The notes: generated by a model from the sequence alone, not told the origin. A stretch of 64,000 nt of DNA from Sulfolobales archaeon (GCA_038867615.1 JAWBYA010000004.1:128001-192000), one strand, 5' to 3'. Positions 50,376-61,608 are shown, counted from the first letter of the stretch. Numbers and translations: made by a program.

Positions 50376-52019
50376 TTAGCTATGCTTAGATGTTTTTCTA
50401 TAAACTATCCTACCCTCTATCATCGTGTATAGGGGCTTTATTTCCAACAACTCCTTGGGATCCTTTACACCTAAGAGATCTCTATCCCAGATCACCAGAT
50501 CTGCAAGTTTTCCAGGCTCTATGCTGCCTATCAGATCCTCCATGCCTAGGCACTTGGCAGCCTCTGAGGTGTATGTTGCGAGGGCTTGCTCGATACTGAT
50601 CATCTCTCTCGGGTTAACCTCAAGACCCTTGAAGCTCAGCCTCGATACTGATGCATATAACCCATACCTTGGTGGGTAGGGGATCACGGGTGCGTCTGAG
50701 CCGTTACACACAGTAAGTCCTTTCTCAACCATGCTTTTTACAGGGAGTATTTTGTTATACATATCCTCGTCGAGGTTCTTGTAATAGGCGTCTGCTAGGA
50801 AGTATATGAAGCCGCTCTGGATCTCTGCAAAACCCCCTATCGATCTCAGCCTCTCTATATGATCCTCCCTCGGAAGCATGAAATGGATCACAGTATACCT
50901 ACTCCCAGAGGCTCCATATCTTCTCACAGCCTGCTCGTAAGCCGCTATGGTTTCCTCTATAGCTATATCCCCGATCGCATGAACACTGACCATATACCCC
51001 CTGGAGGATGCCTCAAGCACCATCTCCCTAAACTCGTTTATATCAAGCGTCGGCAAACCCTTATTCCCCGGAGAACCCTTATAATCCCTAGAGATCCAGG
51101 CTGTTTTTGTTGATAGAGCGCCGTCCAGTATCACCTTTATCCCCGGTACTCTAAGCCAGCTATCCTGGGTTTTCTCAATGAATCTATAGCCTTCCCTCAG
51201 CTCATCCATACTCTGTGCCCAGTATAGAGCGACTATCCTCAGGATCTGGGCTCCTCTTCTCCTCACCTCTTGATAAGCCCTTATAATGTCTCCTGAATAG
51301 CCATAGGCTGTGGGATCCTTGACAGCTGTAACCCCTTCAGAAACCCACTCCCTCATAGCATGTGTTATAGCCTCTACCCATTCATCCATACCGGGCTTCG
51401 GGATAATCCTAGCCACAAGATCTATCGCTGGTTTTTCGGCAAGCACACCTGTTGGTACGCCTCTCTCGTCTCTCTCAATAACGCCTCCCACAGGATCTCT
51501 AGTCCTCTCGTTAATACCAGCAAGCTCTAGCGCCACGCTGTTTGCCACAGCCATGTGTCCCGAGGTATGCCATAGAAACACCGGATGGCTTTCTGTTGCT
51601 TGGTCTAGATCCCATCTTGTTGGTAGTCTACCTTCTGGGTATAGTGCGTGGTTCCACCCCCTACCAAGGATCCACTCGCCTTTTTTCCTCCTACCCGCAT
51701 ATTCTTTAACAACCTCGACGAGCCTTTTAATACTATCTACCTTAGGGTAGCTGAGATCAATATACCTAGTGCTATAAAGCCCCCACATTGCTAGATGCGC
51801 GTGGGTATCTATAAGCCCGGGTGTTATTGAGAGGGCCTTGGCTTCTATGACCTCTGTTCCAGATCCTATATATTTCTTTGCCCCCTCGACCGAGCCGACA
51901 TATATTATTCTTCCACCCTTGATCACAACAGCCTCAGCAACACTCCTCCTAGCATTAAATGTATAGACCCTACCCCCTAGGATTGCTAGGTCAGCATGCT
52001 CATACATGCTAGATACCAC
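50376..52019 (-). CDS. Amidohydrolase (YtcJ-like)
   Basis: PGLIDTHAH, GH...NS.AL, K...DG, HAIGD, GSDAP, GSIEPGKLAD. Confidence 0.9.
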   Translation of the reverse strand: MVSSMYEHADLAILGGRVYTFNARRSVAEAVVIKGGRIIYVGSVEGAKKYIGSGTEVIEAKALSITPGLIDTHAHLAMWGLYSTRYIDLSYPKVDSIKRLVEVVKEYAGRRKKGEWILGRGWNHALYPEGRLPTRWDLDQATESHPVFLWHTSGHMAVANSVALELAGINERTRDPVGGVIERDERGVPTGVLAEKPAIDLVARIIPKPGMDEWVEAITHAMREWVSEGVTAVKDPTAYGYSGDIIRAYQEVRRRGAQILRIVALYWAQSMDELREGYRFIEKTQDSWLRVPGIKVILDGALSTKTAWISRDYKGSPGNKGLPTLDINEFREMVLEASSRGYMVSVHAIGDIAIEETIAAYEQAVRRYGASGSRYTVIHFMLPREDHIERLRSIGGFAEIQSGFIYFLADAYYKNLDEDMYNKILPVKSMVEKGLTVCNGSDAPVIPYPPRYGLYASVSRLSFKGLEVNPREMISIEQALATYTSEAAKCLGMEDLIGSIEPGKLADLVIWDRDLLGVKDPKELLEIKPLYTMIEGRIVYRKTSKHS

Positions 52020-53078
52020 CCAAGGAGAAATCCTTTTTTACCAATAAAAATAGGGATAATATTGTCCAGCAGATGTGTAGGTGTTGAGGATACTTATAGT
52101 GAATATATAAGGGTTGTCTTTCCTAGGCACGCTAACCCGGCTGGTTTTCTTTACGGAGGATATATGCTTAACTGGATAGTAGATTCAGGCGTAATCGGTA
52201 TCTTAAAAACAATAGGCAAGGAGGCAGTGCTTGGGTATATGGATAATGTCTATTTCATAAACCCCGTGACTATCGGTAGTATGCTTATATACAGGTCATG
52301 GATTGCCAGAGCTGGAAGAAGCTCTCTCGATATATACACAGAGATCATTAGCTATTATAGAAAAACCAACGAGTATAAGATCGTTGCCGCGGCGAAATCT
52401 ATCTACGTGTGTGTCGATCAGAACGGGAGGCCAGAGCCCCACGGGCTATGTATAGAGGGTAGAGAGAGCTGGGGGAAAAAGCTGACAGAATATATGGATA
52501 AGTGGCATGAAAAAGCACTCGCCGCTATTGAGAAGGCTAAGAGTAGTATGGGTGAGGCTAAGGGTAGGCTCTTGAGACACCACCTGAGAACTGTTAGGAG
52601 GGTTAGTAGCGAGGATACCATGACCTCGAATATGATGTATGCTGGGAGACTCATGCTGATACTAGACGAGGCGGCAGGTATTATTGCAAGCCAGTATGCA
52701 GGATCGAGGGTTGTAACAGCATCTGTTGATCAGATGATATTTACCAGCCCGATCAAGGTTGGTGACATTATAGAAACCAGCGCTTCGCTTACACGGACCT
52801 GGAGAACCTCTATGGAGATCGAAGTGACTGTAAAGGGATCCGAGGGTTCGGATAGCATAAAAACGAGATCCTACTTCACCTTCGTCAAAATAGACAACCT
52901 AGGACGGCCAGAACCCTTAAAACCATACGAGCCGGTCACGCCAGAAGAGGTTGAGGCATGGGAAGAAGCTGATTTCAGAAGAAAGTCCAGGATCGAGGAT
53001 CTTGAGAAAATATCGAGATACAAAGGGCTCCCCATCAACTATGACAGAGACTATAAAGCTCCCTATTTGCCAGTGTAG
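51996..53078 (+). CDS. Acyl-CoA thioesterase with two hotdog domains
   Basis: ANPAGFLYGG..L.W.D and MYAGRLM..LDE..VVTASVD; true start probably ~52062. Confidence 0.85.
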   Translation: MLIHARYHPRRNPFLPIKIGIILSSRCVGVEDTYSEYIRVVFPRHANPAGFLYGGYMLNWIVDSGVIGILKTIGKEAVLGYMDNVYFINPVTIGSMLIYRSWIARAGRSSLDIYTEIISYYRKTNEYKIVAAAKSIYVCVDQNGRPEPHGLCIEGRESWGKKLTEYMDKWHEKALAAIEKAKSSMGEAKGRLLRHHLRTVRRVSSEDTMTSNMMYAGRLMLILDEAAGIIASQYAGSRVVTASVDQMIFTSPIKVGDIIETSASLTRTWRTSMEIEVTVKGSEGSDSIKTRSYFTFVKIDNLGRPEPLKPYEPVTPEEVEAWEEADFRRKSRIEDLEKISRYKGLPINYDRDYKAPYLPV

Positions 53079-53331
53079 CATGCGATCGTATGTCTATAAC
53101 CTAGACGCCTCTCAACACCAGCACGATTCAGTAATAATGAGCCTGCTAGGAGCCTCCCATCTCTATAGTGGTATAACAGTTAATGGTGATGCTTTCTAAG
53201 CCGTGTTTAGCGATTGTCTATCTCAACCTATAACAGCTGGGAAAAAATGAAGCTCTGTTATAGAACTATCTATAAAGGCTCTCTAAATATCTAGGTAATC
53301 TCGTCTAGAGGGAATAAGTTAGGGTTGCTTA

Positions 53332-53655
53332 TTATCTCTGCTGGCTTCTTATCATCTCTGCCTCTATATAGACATCCTGAGGGACTCTTATCCTCATGAT
53401 CTGCCTCATAACCCTCTCATCGGCTGCTATGTCGACAAGCCTCTTATGTATCCTCATCTCCCACTTCTCATAAACCTTAGTACCCTCGCCATGCGGTAGT
53501 CTTAACAGTGGTACCACGAGCCTTTTTACAGGCAGTGGTACAGGCCCTCTAACCTCTACCCCGGCTTTTTTAGCGATCTCTACTATCTGGCCTGCTACAT
53601 AGTCAACGTTGGAGGAGCTTGTTCCCCAGATCCTTATCCTCACCCTCATGCTCAT
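53332..53655 (-). CDS. rps10: 30S ribosomal protein uS10
   Basis: RGPVPLP, PHGEG, WEMRIHKRLVD. Confidence 0.96.
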   Translation of the reverse strand: MSMRVRIRIWGTSSSNVDYVAGQIVEIAKKAGVEVRGPVPLPVKRLVVPLLRLPHGEGTKVYEKWEMRIHKRLVDIAADERVMRQIMRIRVPQDVYIEAEMIRSQQR

Positions 53656-53682
53656 GGCGATGCCCAGCCGCCTTTACTGTTT

Positions 53683-54987
53683 TCACTTAATCTCTGCTGG
53701 TTTTACATCTATTATTGTACCTATCCCTATGGTCTTACCCATATCCCTCATAGCGAATCTTCCGAGCTGTGGTATCTCTGAGTATTTCTCAACAACGAGG
53801 GGCTTTATAGGCTTGAACCTAACTATCGCTATATCTCCTGCCTTTATGAACTGCGGGTTCTTCTCAACCACCTGACCTGTCCTTGGATCCAGCTTTCCAA
53901 CGATCTCAACTATTCTGCATGCCACAGATGCTGTGTGCGCATGAACCACTGGTGTGTATCCCACAGATATAGCTGATGGATGCCATAGTACGAACACTCT
54001 TGCAGTGAACTCGTCAGCTACCGTGGGCTTGTTGGTTACATGGCCGACCACATCTCCTCTCTTAACATCCTGCTTAGAAATACCTCTCACGTTGAATCCT
54101 ATGTTATCTCCCGGCTCTGCCCTTTGTAATGGCTGATGATGCATCTCTATGCTCCTCACATCACCGCCCTTGTTTATAGGCATTATGACGACGTTATCAC
54201 CAACCTTGAGTACTCCCGTCTCCACCCTACCTATGAGGACAGTACCGACACCGCTTATTGAGAGAGCCTCTGATATAGGAATTCTTAGAGGCTTGTCGAC
54301 TGGCTTTTGCGGTACCTTGAATGTGTCGAGGGCTTCTAGAAGGGTTGGGCCTTTATACCACTTCATATTCTCGCTCCTGGAGATGAGGTTATCGCCAAGC
54401 CATGCAGATACTGGGACGAACGGGATCTCGTCTACTTTGTAACCAAGACCCCTCATGATCTTCTTTAACCCGTCAACAATCTCCTTATATCTCTGCTCCG
54501 AAAACGGTGGTTCTGTGAGATCCATTTTGTTTATAGCAACAACCACCTGATCTATACCCATGGTTTTCGCTAAGGTTATATGCTCTCTTGTCTGTCCCTC
54601 AGGGCTTACACCAGCCTCATACTCACCCTTCTTAGCTGATACCACAAGCAGTGCTGCATCAGCCTGGCTAGCACCAGTGATCATGTTCTTAACGAAATCC
54701 CTATGCCCGGGAGCATCTATTATGGTGAAATAATACTTATTAGTCTCGAACCTAACGAAGCTAGGCTGTATAGTTACTCCTCTATCCCTCTCCTCCTTCA
54801 TTCTGTCCAGGAGCCATGCAAATTTCTCTGTCTCTTTACCCTTCTTCTTAGCCTCCTCCTCAACCTCCTTCTGCTGCTTCTCATCAATCTGTTTTAGCAT
54901 TACTAGCAGATGACCCACTAGAGTGCTCTTACCATGGTCCACGTGACCCACTATCACCAGGTTTAGGTGAGGCTTCTGGCTCGACAT
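53683..54987 (-). CDS. tuf: Translation elongation factor EF-1alpha
   Basis: GHVDHGKST, DAPGHRDFVKNMITG, NKMD, GRFAMRDMG; start ATG 54987. Confidence 0.97.
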   Translation of the reverse strand: MSSQKPHLNLVIVGHVDHGKSTLVGHLLVMLKQIDEKQQKEVEEEAKKKGKETEKFAWLLDRMKEERDRGVTIQPSFVRFETNKYYFTIIDAPGHRDFVKNMITGASQADAALLVVSAKKGEYEAGVSPEGQTREHITLAKTMGIDQVVVAINKMDLTEPPFSEQRYKEIVDGLKKIMRGLGYKVDEIPFVPVSAWLGDNLISRSENMKWYKGPTLLEALDTFKVPQKPVDKPLRIPISEALSISGVGTVLIGRVETGVLKVGDNVVIMPINKGGDVRSIEMHHQPLQRAEPGDNIGFNVRGISKQDVKRGDVVGHVTNKPTVADEFTARVFVLWHPSAISVGYTPVVHAHTASVACRIVEIVGKLDPRTGQVVEKNPQFIKAGDIAIVRFKPIKPLVVEKYSEIPQLGRFAMRDMGKTIGIGTIIDVKPAEIK

Positions 54988-55265
54988 CCTCTTAGCCCAC
55001 CTACATATGGTTATCCACACACCTTATAAGTATGATTATGCTATGCAAGCTACATGCCAAGAAGCCCTAACAAAATCCATACCGATATATAAAGACACGG
55101 CCACATAGCTATATTCCACAAAGAACAGAGCTACAGTGCGACAGATCTATGCAAATTTATTAACAACAACCATACTTCAAATTCTAATGCTAGACCACCG
55201 TGGGCGAAGTAATAGAATGCATAGAGCATATTTACCTCATTATAAAATATATCAGTGGTGATTGA

Positions 55266-55607
55266 ATGGCTTCCCTCGAACTAATGAAAAAGACCGCCGA
55301 GATAGTAAACAGCGACCCAAAACTAAAATCCCAGATGAAAGGACCTCTCTACATTCAATTCCAGATCGAGGGAGAACCCCCATTCTACATGGAAATCGCC
55401 TCCGACGGGACTGTAAAGATCGTTGAGGGAAAACACGGATCACCAGCGGTGACATTAATAGCTAAAGACGCTGTTATGGTGGGGATAATAAAAGGAGAAC
55501 TAGATCCTGTGAGGGCTTATCTAAGAGGAGAGCTGAAGATCAGCGGAGACGTCTTCATAGCACAGAGAATAGGGTCGATATTATCACAGATCAAGGGACG
55601 CCTATAG
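55266..55607 (+). CDS. SCP2 sterol/lipid-binding domain protein
   Basis: GELDPVRAYLRGELKISGD motif. Confidence 0.88.
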   Translation: MASLELMKKTAEIVNSDPKLKSQMKGPLYIQFQIEGEPPFYMEIASDGTVKIVEGKHGSPAVTLIAKDAVMVGIIKGELDPVRAYLRGELKISGDVFIAQRIGSILSQIKGRL

Positions 55608-55661
55608 ATTCTTGCGACCATTTCCCAGAAATAGCGAAAATTTTTAAACAAGATAACCATG

Positions 55662-57209
55662 CTAGCGGATAGAGTTTATTAGAAATACCATACCAGATCT
55701 TACCAGGTATCTGAGCCTCTTTGACAGCAATATGGATATTAATATGTATAGAACGGCTGATATACCAACTCCAGGCAGTATCTTTACTATATCCCTCCAG
55801 AAGCTACTTATAACTATATCGCCTACACCGAGGAGCTTTAGCACATATGCTGACGGTAGTAGAGCTAGGAGAAACATCAATATATCTACCCACGGGATCT
55901 CCAGCTTGATCTTACTAATAGCTAGCCTATATACATAGAGTGTATATGGTATAACAGATACTAGGTATGATATGCTATAAGGAATTACAAGGATGACGGG
56001 ATCCCTCACACCAGCAGAATAGATCACAGCCTGTGTTACAGCAGCCGCTGAGACGCTTAGCACGAACCTCAGCATCTGGATAAGCGGTATCCTTCCTAAG
56101 GGGGTTCTTATAACATCATATATGCTCTTTGAAGTCACATCAGCCCTTTCAGACCCCATAGCTATAGACTCAAATATAGCTGCATACCCAGCTATTAGCG
56201 CTTCTATCGATGCCATGATGAGCAATATATAGCCGCTGGCATACGAGGGGTTGAAGAAAGTTATTGCCGGGATAGAGAGTAGCGAGAGGGTGGCTGCAAA
56301 GAATATCGATACAAAGCTGTAGAGTATGATCATATCCATAGCATCCTGCTTGCTAGGATCCCTTAGCATTTTTGCGTATAAGCCGAGGGTAAAAGATCCT
56401 GGGGATATGATAAGCTTAGGTGTTGAAGAGACAGAGGCAAAGGCGGCCGGCAGGGTTGATGATGCTATTAGGCTCATTAAATACTTATCAAAGCTCGCAA
56501 TAAACCCCGTTATAGCGCTTGGTAGGCTCAACACAGACAGTCTTAGCACATTAACAGCCTCTCTAAGGCTCTCCCCCAAGTTTCTCCCAATATTTAGTAT
56601 TGCCACCCTAAGCGCTCCAGCTTTTAAAAGGATCATTATGCTTGCTATTGTGAGAACTATGCCAGCAAAACCGGGCCCAGCTATGGCTCCCACGATCCCG
56701 GAGCCCATACCTATTATAAGGGTATAGGTTAGGACAACCCTTAGTGTTTCGAACAAGAGCATGAGGTAGCCATATTTCTCAGGTGCGTAGAGAGTTATTA
56801 GGCTGGAGACAGGAACCAGGGGTGTTGTAAGCATATAGAATATTATTATTAAAACCGCGATTAGGAGCCCGTCACTTCTAGATCCTGCTAAAGGCATTAC
56901 TATAAATATATAGAGAGGTATCGATATTACTAAATATAATAAGCTTAGGATCATAGATGCTCTAGGCGATATAGAGATACCTAGCACATGCCTCCTCGAA
57001 CTCCAGAAGCTCCACACGCTGCTAGGCGTGTTTAAGGCGTTAGCCGTGTTCAGAGCAACTGAGTATAAGCCGTAGTCATTGGGGTCGAGTCTTCTTATAA
57101 CTATAAGTGAGAATATTATCGAGGCTATGATCCTGTACATACTGGTTAGGAAGTTAACAAGAGCAGAGAGCCTAACCCTTATTCTCTGCCCAGCCGGGCT
57201 GCCCTCCAC
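55662..57209 (-). CDS. MOP-superfamily oligosaccharide flippase-like membrane protein
   Basis: RRLDPNDYGLY motif and ~14 TM helices. Confidence 0.7.
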   Translation of the reverse strand: MEGSPAGQRIRVRLSALVNFLTSMYRIIASIIFSLIVIRRLDPNDYGLYSVALNTANALNTPSSVWSFWSSRRHVLGISISPRASMILSLLYLVISIPLYIFIVMPLAGSRSDGLLIAVLIIIFYMLTTPLVPVSSLITLYAPEKYGYLMLLFETLRVVLTYTLIIGMGSGIVGAIAGPGFAGIVLTIASIMILLKAGALRVAILNIGRNLGESLREAVNVLRLSVLSLPSAITGFIASFDKYLMSLIASSTLPAAFASVSSTPKLIISPGSFTLGLYAKMLRDPSKQDAMDMIILYSFVSIFFAATLSLLSIPAITFFNPSYASGYILLIMASIEALIAGYAAIFESIAMGSERADVTSKSIYDVIRTPLGRIPLIQMLRFVLSVSAAAVTQAVIYSAGVRDPVILVIPYSISYLVSVIPYTLYVYRLAISKIKLEIPWVDILMFLLALLPSAYVLKLLGVGDIVISSFWRDIVKILPGVGISAVLYILISILLSKRLRYLVRSGMVFLINSIR

Positions 57210-57301
57210 ATCATCCCACTAAAGGAATGCCCAGCAATGCTTATAAGGAAGCTTCGATAAGCATCTACGGTGGTTACACTGGAAATCAGGGTTCGAAAAA
57301 C

Positions 57302-58459
57302 ATGCAGGTACACGACTATAAAGAAAGAATAACCATCAGATGCCTAGCCTGCGGCAAGGAGCAGGAGCCGAGCCCAAGACTTATGGTATGCAGTTATTGT
57401 GGTGGTCCTCTAGAGATAGAGCCTGATGTATCAAGAACCTCCATATCTGATTTCCTTAAGATCAGGAGTATGTGGAGATATAGACCTGTTCTACCAATGG
57501 GGGATTTTGTAGAACCTATAACGCTGGGTGAGGGAGCAACACCCCTCATAAGGCTCAGGAATATAGAAAGGATCCTTGGTATTAAAGAGCTATACGCCAA
57601 AATAGAGGGAGCAAACCCCACAGGCAGTTTTAAGGATAGGGGTATGAGCCTTGCAGTCAGCATTGCTAACAGCTATGGTTATCCAGAATTTATTGTTGCA
57701 AGCACCGGCAATACTGCTGCTTCAGCCTCCGCATATGGAGCTAGGGCTGGAAAAAAAGTCACTGTAGTTCTTCCAAGAGGATATGTAGCTGATGGTAAGC
57801 TTTTCCAAAGCATCCTCCATGGAGCGAGGGTCCTCTATGTCGATGGATCTTTCGATGATGCTCTCTCCAAGGTTATCGATGATCTCTCTAAGAGTAGCTC
57901 TCTCTATCCCCTCAATTCGATCAATCCGTGGAGACTTGAGGGTCAAAAAACAGTTGCATATGAGATTGCCGAAGATCTAAGAGAGCTTGACGCTATATTC
58001 CTCCCCGTAGGCAATGGAGGCAATATATATGCAGTATATAAAGGGTTCGCCGAGTCTGTCAAGATGGGTATTGCAGACAGAATACCAAGGATCTTTGGTG
58101 TTCAGGCAAAGGGGGCTTCGCCAATATATATGGGGTGGAATCTTGGAGGCAAGGATTTAAAGCCCGTCAATAAGCCTGAGACGATAGCCACAGCAATAAG
58201 GATAGGAAGGCCCGCAAACTGGCTAAAGGCCTTCAAGGCTGCTAGAGAGTCCAGGGGTTTCTTCCTAAGCGTTGATGATACCGATATACTAGCCTCACAG
58301 AGGATGCTTGCCAAGCTAGAGGGGGTGGGGTGCGAGCCTGCAAGCGCAGCCTCACTTGCGGGTCTTATAAAGCTTGTTGATGAAAACATGGTTGACAAGG
58401 ATCAAAGAATAGTTATTATCCTAACTGGTCATTCTCTAAAAGATCCCATAGCTAGATAG
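57302..58459 (+). CDS. thrC: Threonine synthase
   Basis: N-terminal zinc ribbon, LGEGATP, NPTGSFKDRG, ASTGNT, EGQKT, PVGNGGN, TGH.LKD. Confidence 0.93.
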   Translation: MQVHDYKERITIRCLACGKEQEPSPRLMVCSYCGGPLEIEPDVSRTSISDFLKIRSMWRYRPVLPMGDFVEPITLGEGATPLIRLRNIERILGIKELYAKIEGANPTGSFKDRGMSLAVSIANSYGYPEFIVASTGNTAASASAYGARAGKKVTVVLPRGYVADGKLFQSILHGARVLYVDGSFDDALSKVIDDLSKSSSLYPLNSINPWRLEGQKTVAYEIAEDLRELDAIFLPVGNGGNIYAVYKGFAESVKMGIADRIPRIFGVQAKGASPIYMGWNLGGKDLKPVNKPETIATAIRIGRPANWLKAFKAARESRGFFLSVDDTDILASQRMLAKLEGVGCEPASAASLAGLIKLVDENMVDKDQRIVIILTGHSLKDPIAR

Positions 58460-58482
58460 GGAAGAAATATAGAAGATCACGG

Positions 58483-58941
58483 CTAGGCTTTCTCAAGATC
58501 GTATCTCTTGAGGTAGTCAATATTCTGCTTCTCAGAAGGATCTATATCTGTAACCGATAGCCATGCCTCGATGATCTCCTTAGCAACCTCTTCAGAAACA
58601 AGCCTACCACTCATTGCAAGGATATTAGCATCGTTCCAAAGCCTAGCCCCTCTAGCCGTCTGAGCATCATTACATAGAGCAGCCCTAACACCCCTGACCT
58701 TGTTAGCAGCTATAGAGACCCCTGTTCCCGTATAACATACAAGAATACCCCAGTCAACCCTTCCCTCAGCAACCATTCTACCAACCTCTATTCCCACATA
58801 TGGCCATGGCTCGGGCTTGTTTGTTTTGAGCGAGCCTACTGGTATCACCTCAAAGCCTTTCTTTTTCAAATATTCAAAGGCAAACCTAGCCGCTGGATAT
58901 AGATCATCAGATCCTATGGCAACCCTGTTTCCTAGAGCCAT
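58483..58941 (-). CDS. RpiB/LacA/LacB-family sugar-phosphate isomerase
   Basis: IGSD, CYTGTG..IAANKV.GVRAA, AR.WNDAN. Confidence 0.88.
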   Translation of the reverse strand: MALGNRVAIGSDDLYPAARFAFEYLKKKGFEVIPVGSLKTNKPEPWPYVGIEVGRMVAEGRVDWGILVCYTGTGVSIAANKVRGVRAALCNDAQTARGARLWNDANILAMSGRLVSEEVAKEIIEAWLSVTDIDPSEKQNIDYLKRYDLEKA

Positions 58942-59511
58942 ACGCAACCACCTAGTACCAATGGCAAGACGGAATTTATCATTAAGCACAATAGCAGTAT
59001 AGCTATTATGATCATATCTTAACCAGCACTAACAATCCTATCAATAGCCAGCCAATAGATAGAAGCATTATAACGCTTCCGCATATATTACTCAATATAT
59101 TACTCACATAAAGAGACACGGGGTTAGGAAAACATAGACGAGGCGGTTAACATCAATACTACCCACTATAGAGCCCGAACTTCTATAGTCATCATGGGGG
59201 TACCCTCAATGGTAATGTAAGAGCAGATAGTACACAACACAGATACCCAATGAAATAATATACTGGTGCTCAGGTAAATACCATAATACCTGGATTAACA
59301 AATTACTTGAGTATTGCTACCATAATACCTGCTGTAATAATGTACGATTTACATAGTATATGGGTTAAAATCAGCAAAATGTATAGTTGTTCTCGAAAGA
59401 GATATAGAAAGACATAAAATAAACCTTATCAAGCATCGATAAAAATCAGGTTAAAACTTTTATATGAGTCGGGATATTATCTATTGTGCCGCTGACCACA
59501 GGGTGTTAATT

Positions 59512-61341
59512 GTGTGTGGCATAATAGGGGTATGTCAGCGTGAGAGGCTAGTTTTGGGAGAACCTATAGGCTCGTTTCTTAAGAAAGCCCTACAGAGACT
59601 CGAGTACAGGGGCTATGATTCTGTCGGTTTTGCTGTAATAGACAAAGATAGGAGGATAATACTGAGGAAGAAGAAGGGGAAGCTTGCAGAGATCGAGGGT
59701 ATACTGGGCTTTGATGCATTTGATGGCGTTGTAGGGATTGCCCACACGAGATGGGCAACACACGGAGAGCCTAGCGATAGGAATGCCCATCCCCATATAG
59801 ATTGCAATGGATGTATCGTTGTAATACATAACGGGACGCTCCAGAATTACCAAGAGCTCAAAGAGCTATTGATCTCGAGAGGGCATCTCCTGAGAAGCGA
59901 TACAGATACAGAGCTTATAGCCCACATAATCGAGGAGAAGATCAGAGAAGGGTTAGCACCCATAGAAGCTCTTCGAGAGACCGTTAAGGCTATAAAAGGA
60001 GCCTATGCTTTCCTGGCATATATATGCAAAGAGCCTGACAAGATATTCTTTGCAAAGAACGTATCACCTATAGTCATAGGGCTTGGCAATGGCTTCAACA
60101 TGATCGCAAGCGATATACCAGCTATGATAAGCCATACAAAGAGGGTAATAGTTGTTGAAGATGGCGAGATAGGATACATATCGCCTGATTCGATCTACAT
60201 AGAGAAGGATAATAATACACCCATAGATCCCATGTCAAGGGTCATAACCGTTGACTGGACTCCTGAGATGATCGATAAGGGGGGCTATCCCCACTACATG
60301 GCTAAGGAGATCTATGAGCAGCCCATAGCGATTCGCTCAACACTAGCCGGCTTGCCGGATCAGATCACAGACGAGATCCTTAGAATCCTCCTCAGGGCTA
60401 GGAGAATCTATATAGCCGGGGCTGGAACCTCTTACCACGCCGCTATGGTTATAGATTTCATGATGAGAAACACCGTGGATCTGGACTCAAGATCCTTTAT
60501 ATCGAGCGAGTATCTCTCAACACTAAGATCTCTTAGCGATGACGACGTGTTCATAGCTGTCTCTCAAAGCGGTGAAACAATAGATACCCTTATGGCGATG
60601 AGAAGGGCTAAGAGCATGAATGCCAAAGTAATAGCTATAACAAACGTGCTTGGAAGCACAATTGCTAGAGAGGCTGACTACAAGATATATATGAGGGCCG
60701 GACCTGAGATAGGTGTTGCGGCTACCAAAACGTTTGCAACAGAGGTTATTACGGGAGCATATATCGTTGAGAAGCTATGCCTAGTAAGGGGTATAGAGTG
60801 CTCTCAACTCTCAAAAGAGATCAGGATCTCTCCCAGCATAACAGAGCATATCATCAACAGGTATTTCAAGGAGATGGAGATCTTATCAAAGATCCTGAGG
60901 GAAGCTCGAAACATGTATTTTCTCGGAAGAGGCTCCACATTGCCAATCTCATACGAGGGTGCATTGAAAGTTAAAGAGATATCATACACACATGCAGAGG
61001 CATACCCAGCAGGTGAGAGCAAACACGGCCCCATAGCACTGGTCGAACCCGGCTTCCCCGTGGTCTTCACAATATTTGATGATGAGTATGGAGAGCTTAT
61101 AATCAACAATATCGAGGAGATGAAGGCCAGAGGCGCATACACAATTATAGCAGCCTCTGAGAACCTGGAAAGACAGCTAAAGCTGGCAAACAAGCCAATA
61201 GCCCTACCGATCATGAAAACACCAGTCGCTTCGGCTCCATATGTAGCGATCCATCAGATGTTAGCATACAACCTTGCCGTATGTAGGGGATACGATCCCG
61301 ATAAACCGAGAAACCTGGCTAAAACAGTAACAGTAGAGTAA
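59512..61341 (+). CDS. glmS: Glutamine--fructose-6-phosphate transaminase (isomerizing)
   Basis: GTG start at 59512 gives N-terminal CGI; LEYRGYDS, HTRWATHG, SQSGET, GVAATK, PRNLAKTVTVE. Confidence 0.96.
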   Translation: MCGIIGVCQRERLVLGEPIGSFLKKALQRLEYRGYDSVGFAVIDKDRRIILRKKKGKLAEIEGILGFDAFDGVVGIAHTRWATHGEPSDRNAHPHIDCNGCIVVIHNGTLQNYQELKELLISRGHLLRSDTDTELIAHIIEEKIREGLAPIEALRETVKAIKGAYAFLAYICKEPDKIFFAKNVSPIVIGLGNGFNMIASDIPAMISHTKRVIVVEDGEIGYISPDSIYIEKDNNTPIDPMSRVITVDWTPEMIDKGGYPHYMAKEIYEQPIAIRSTLAGLPDQITDEILRILLRARRIYIAGAGTSYHAAMVIDFMMRNTVDLDSRSFISSEYLSTLRSLSDDDVFIAVSQSGETIDTLMAMRRAKSMNAKVIAITNVLGSTIAREADYKIYMRAGPEIGVAATKTFATEVITGAYIVEKLCLVRGIECSQLSKEIRISPSITEHIINRYFKEMEILSKILREARNMYFLGRGSTLPISYEGALKVKEISYTHAEAYPAGESKHGPIALVEPGFPVVFTIFDDEYGELIINNIEEMKARGAYTIIAASENLERQLKLANKPIALPIMKTPVASAPYVAIHQMLAYNLAVCRGYDPDKPRNLAKTVTVE

Positions 61342-61344
61342 AAA

Positions 61345-61483
61345 CGATTACTCCTGGAGATTCATTAATACCCCATAGACTCCCACACAATCAGCAGGAT
61401 CTCTATCCCTGTGGGTTGTGGTTCGTTACTAGCCCAACATAATGATGCACACACCACCATCCAGAGCTATACAGAGATCAAAC
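61345..61483 (-). mobile_element. Degenerate copy 3 of the non-autonomous element
   Basis: CCTGGAGATTCAT, GCAGGATCTCTATC.CTGT.GGTT, TAGCC.AAC, CACCATCCAG colinear with copy 2. Confidence 0.45.
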
Positions 61484-61608
61484 CATAACTACGCCATCCC
61501 ATCCATAGATTATAGATACCTCTTACGAGTATTGATAAGAAAACAACCCACTTACTTATCTATGCCTAGAGCATAGGATGCTTGAAAAGTTCTAGTAAAC
61601 CTATACAC

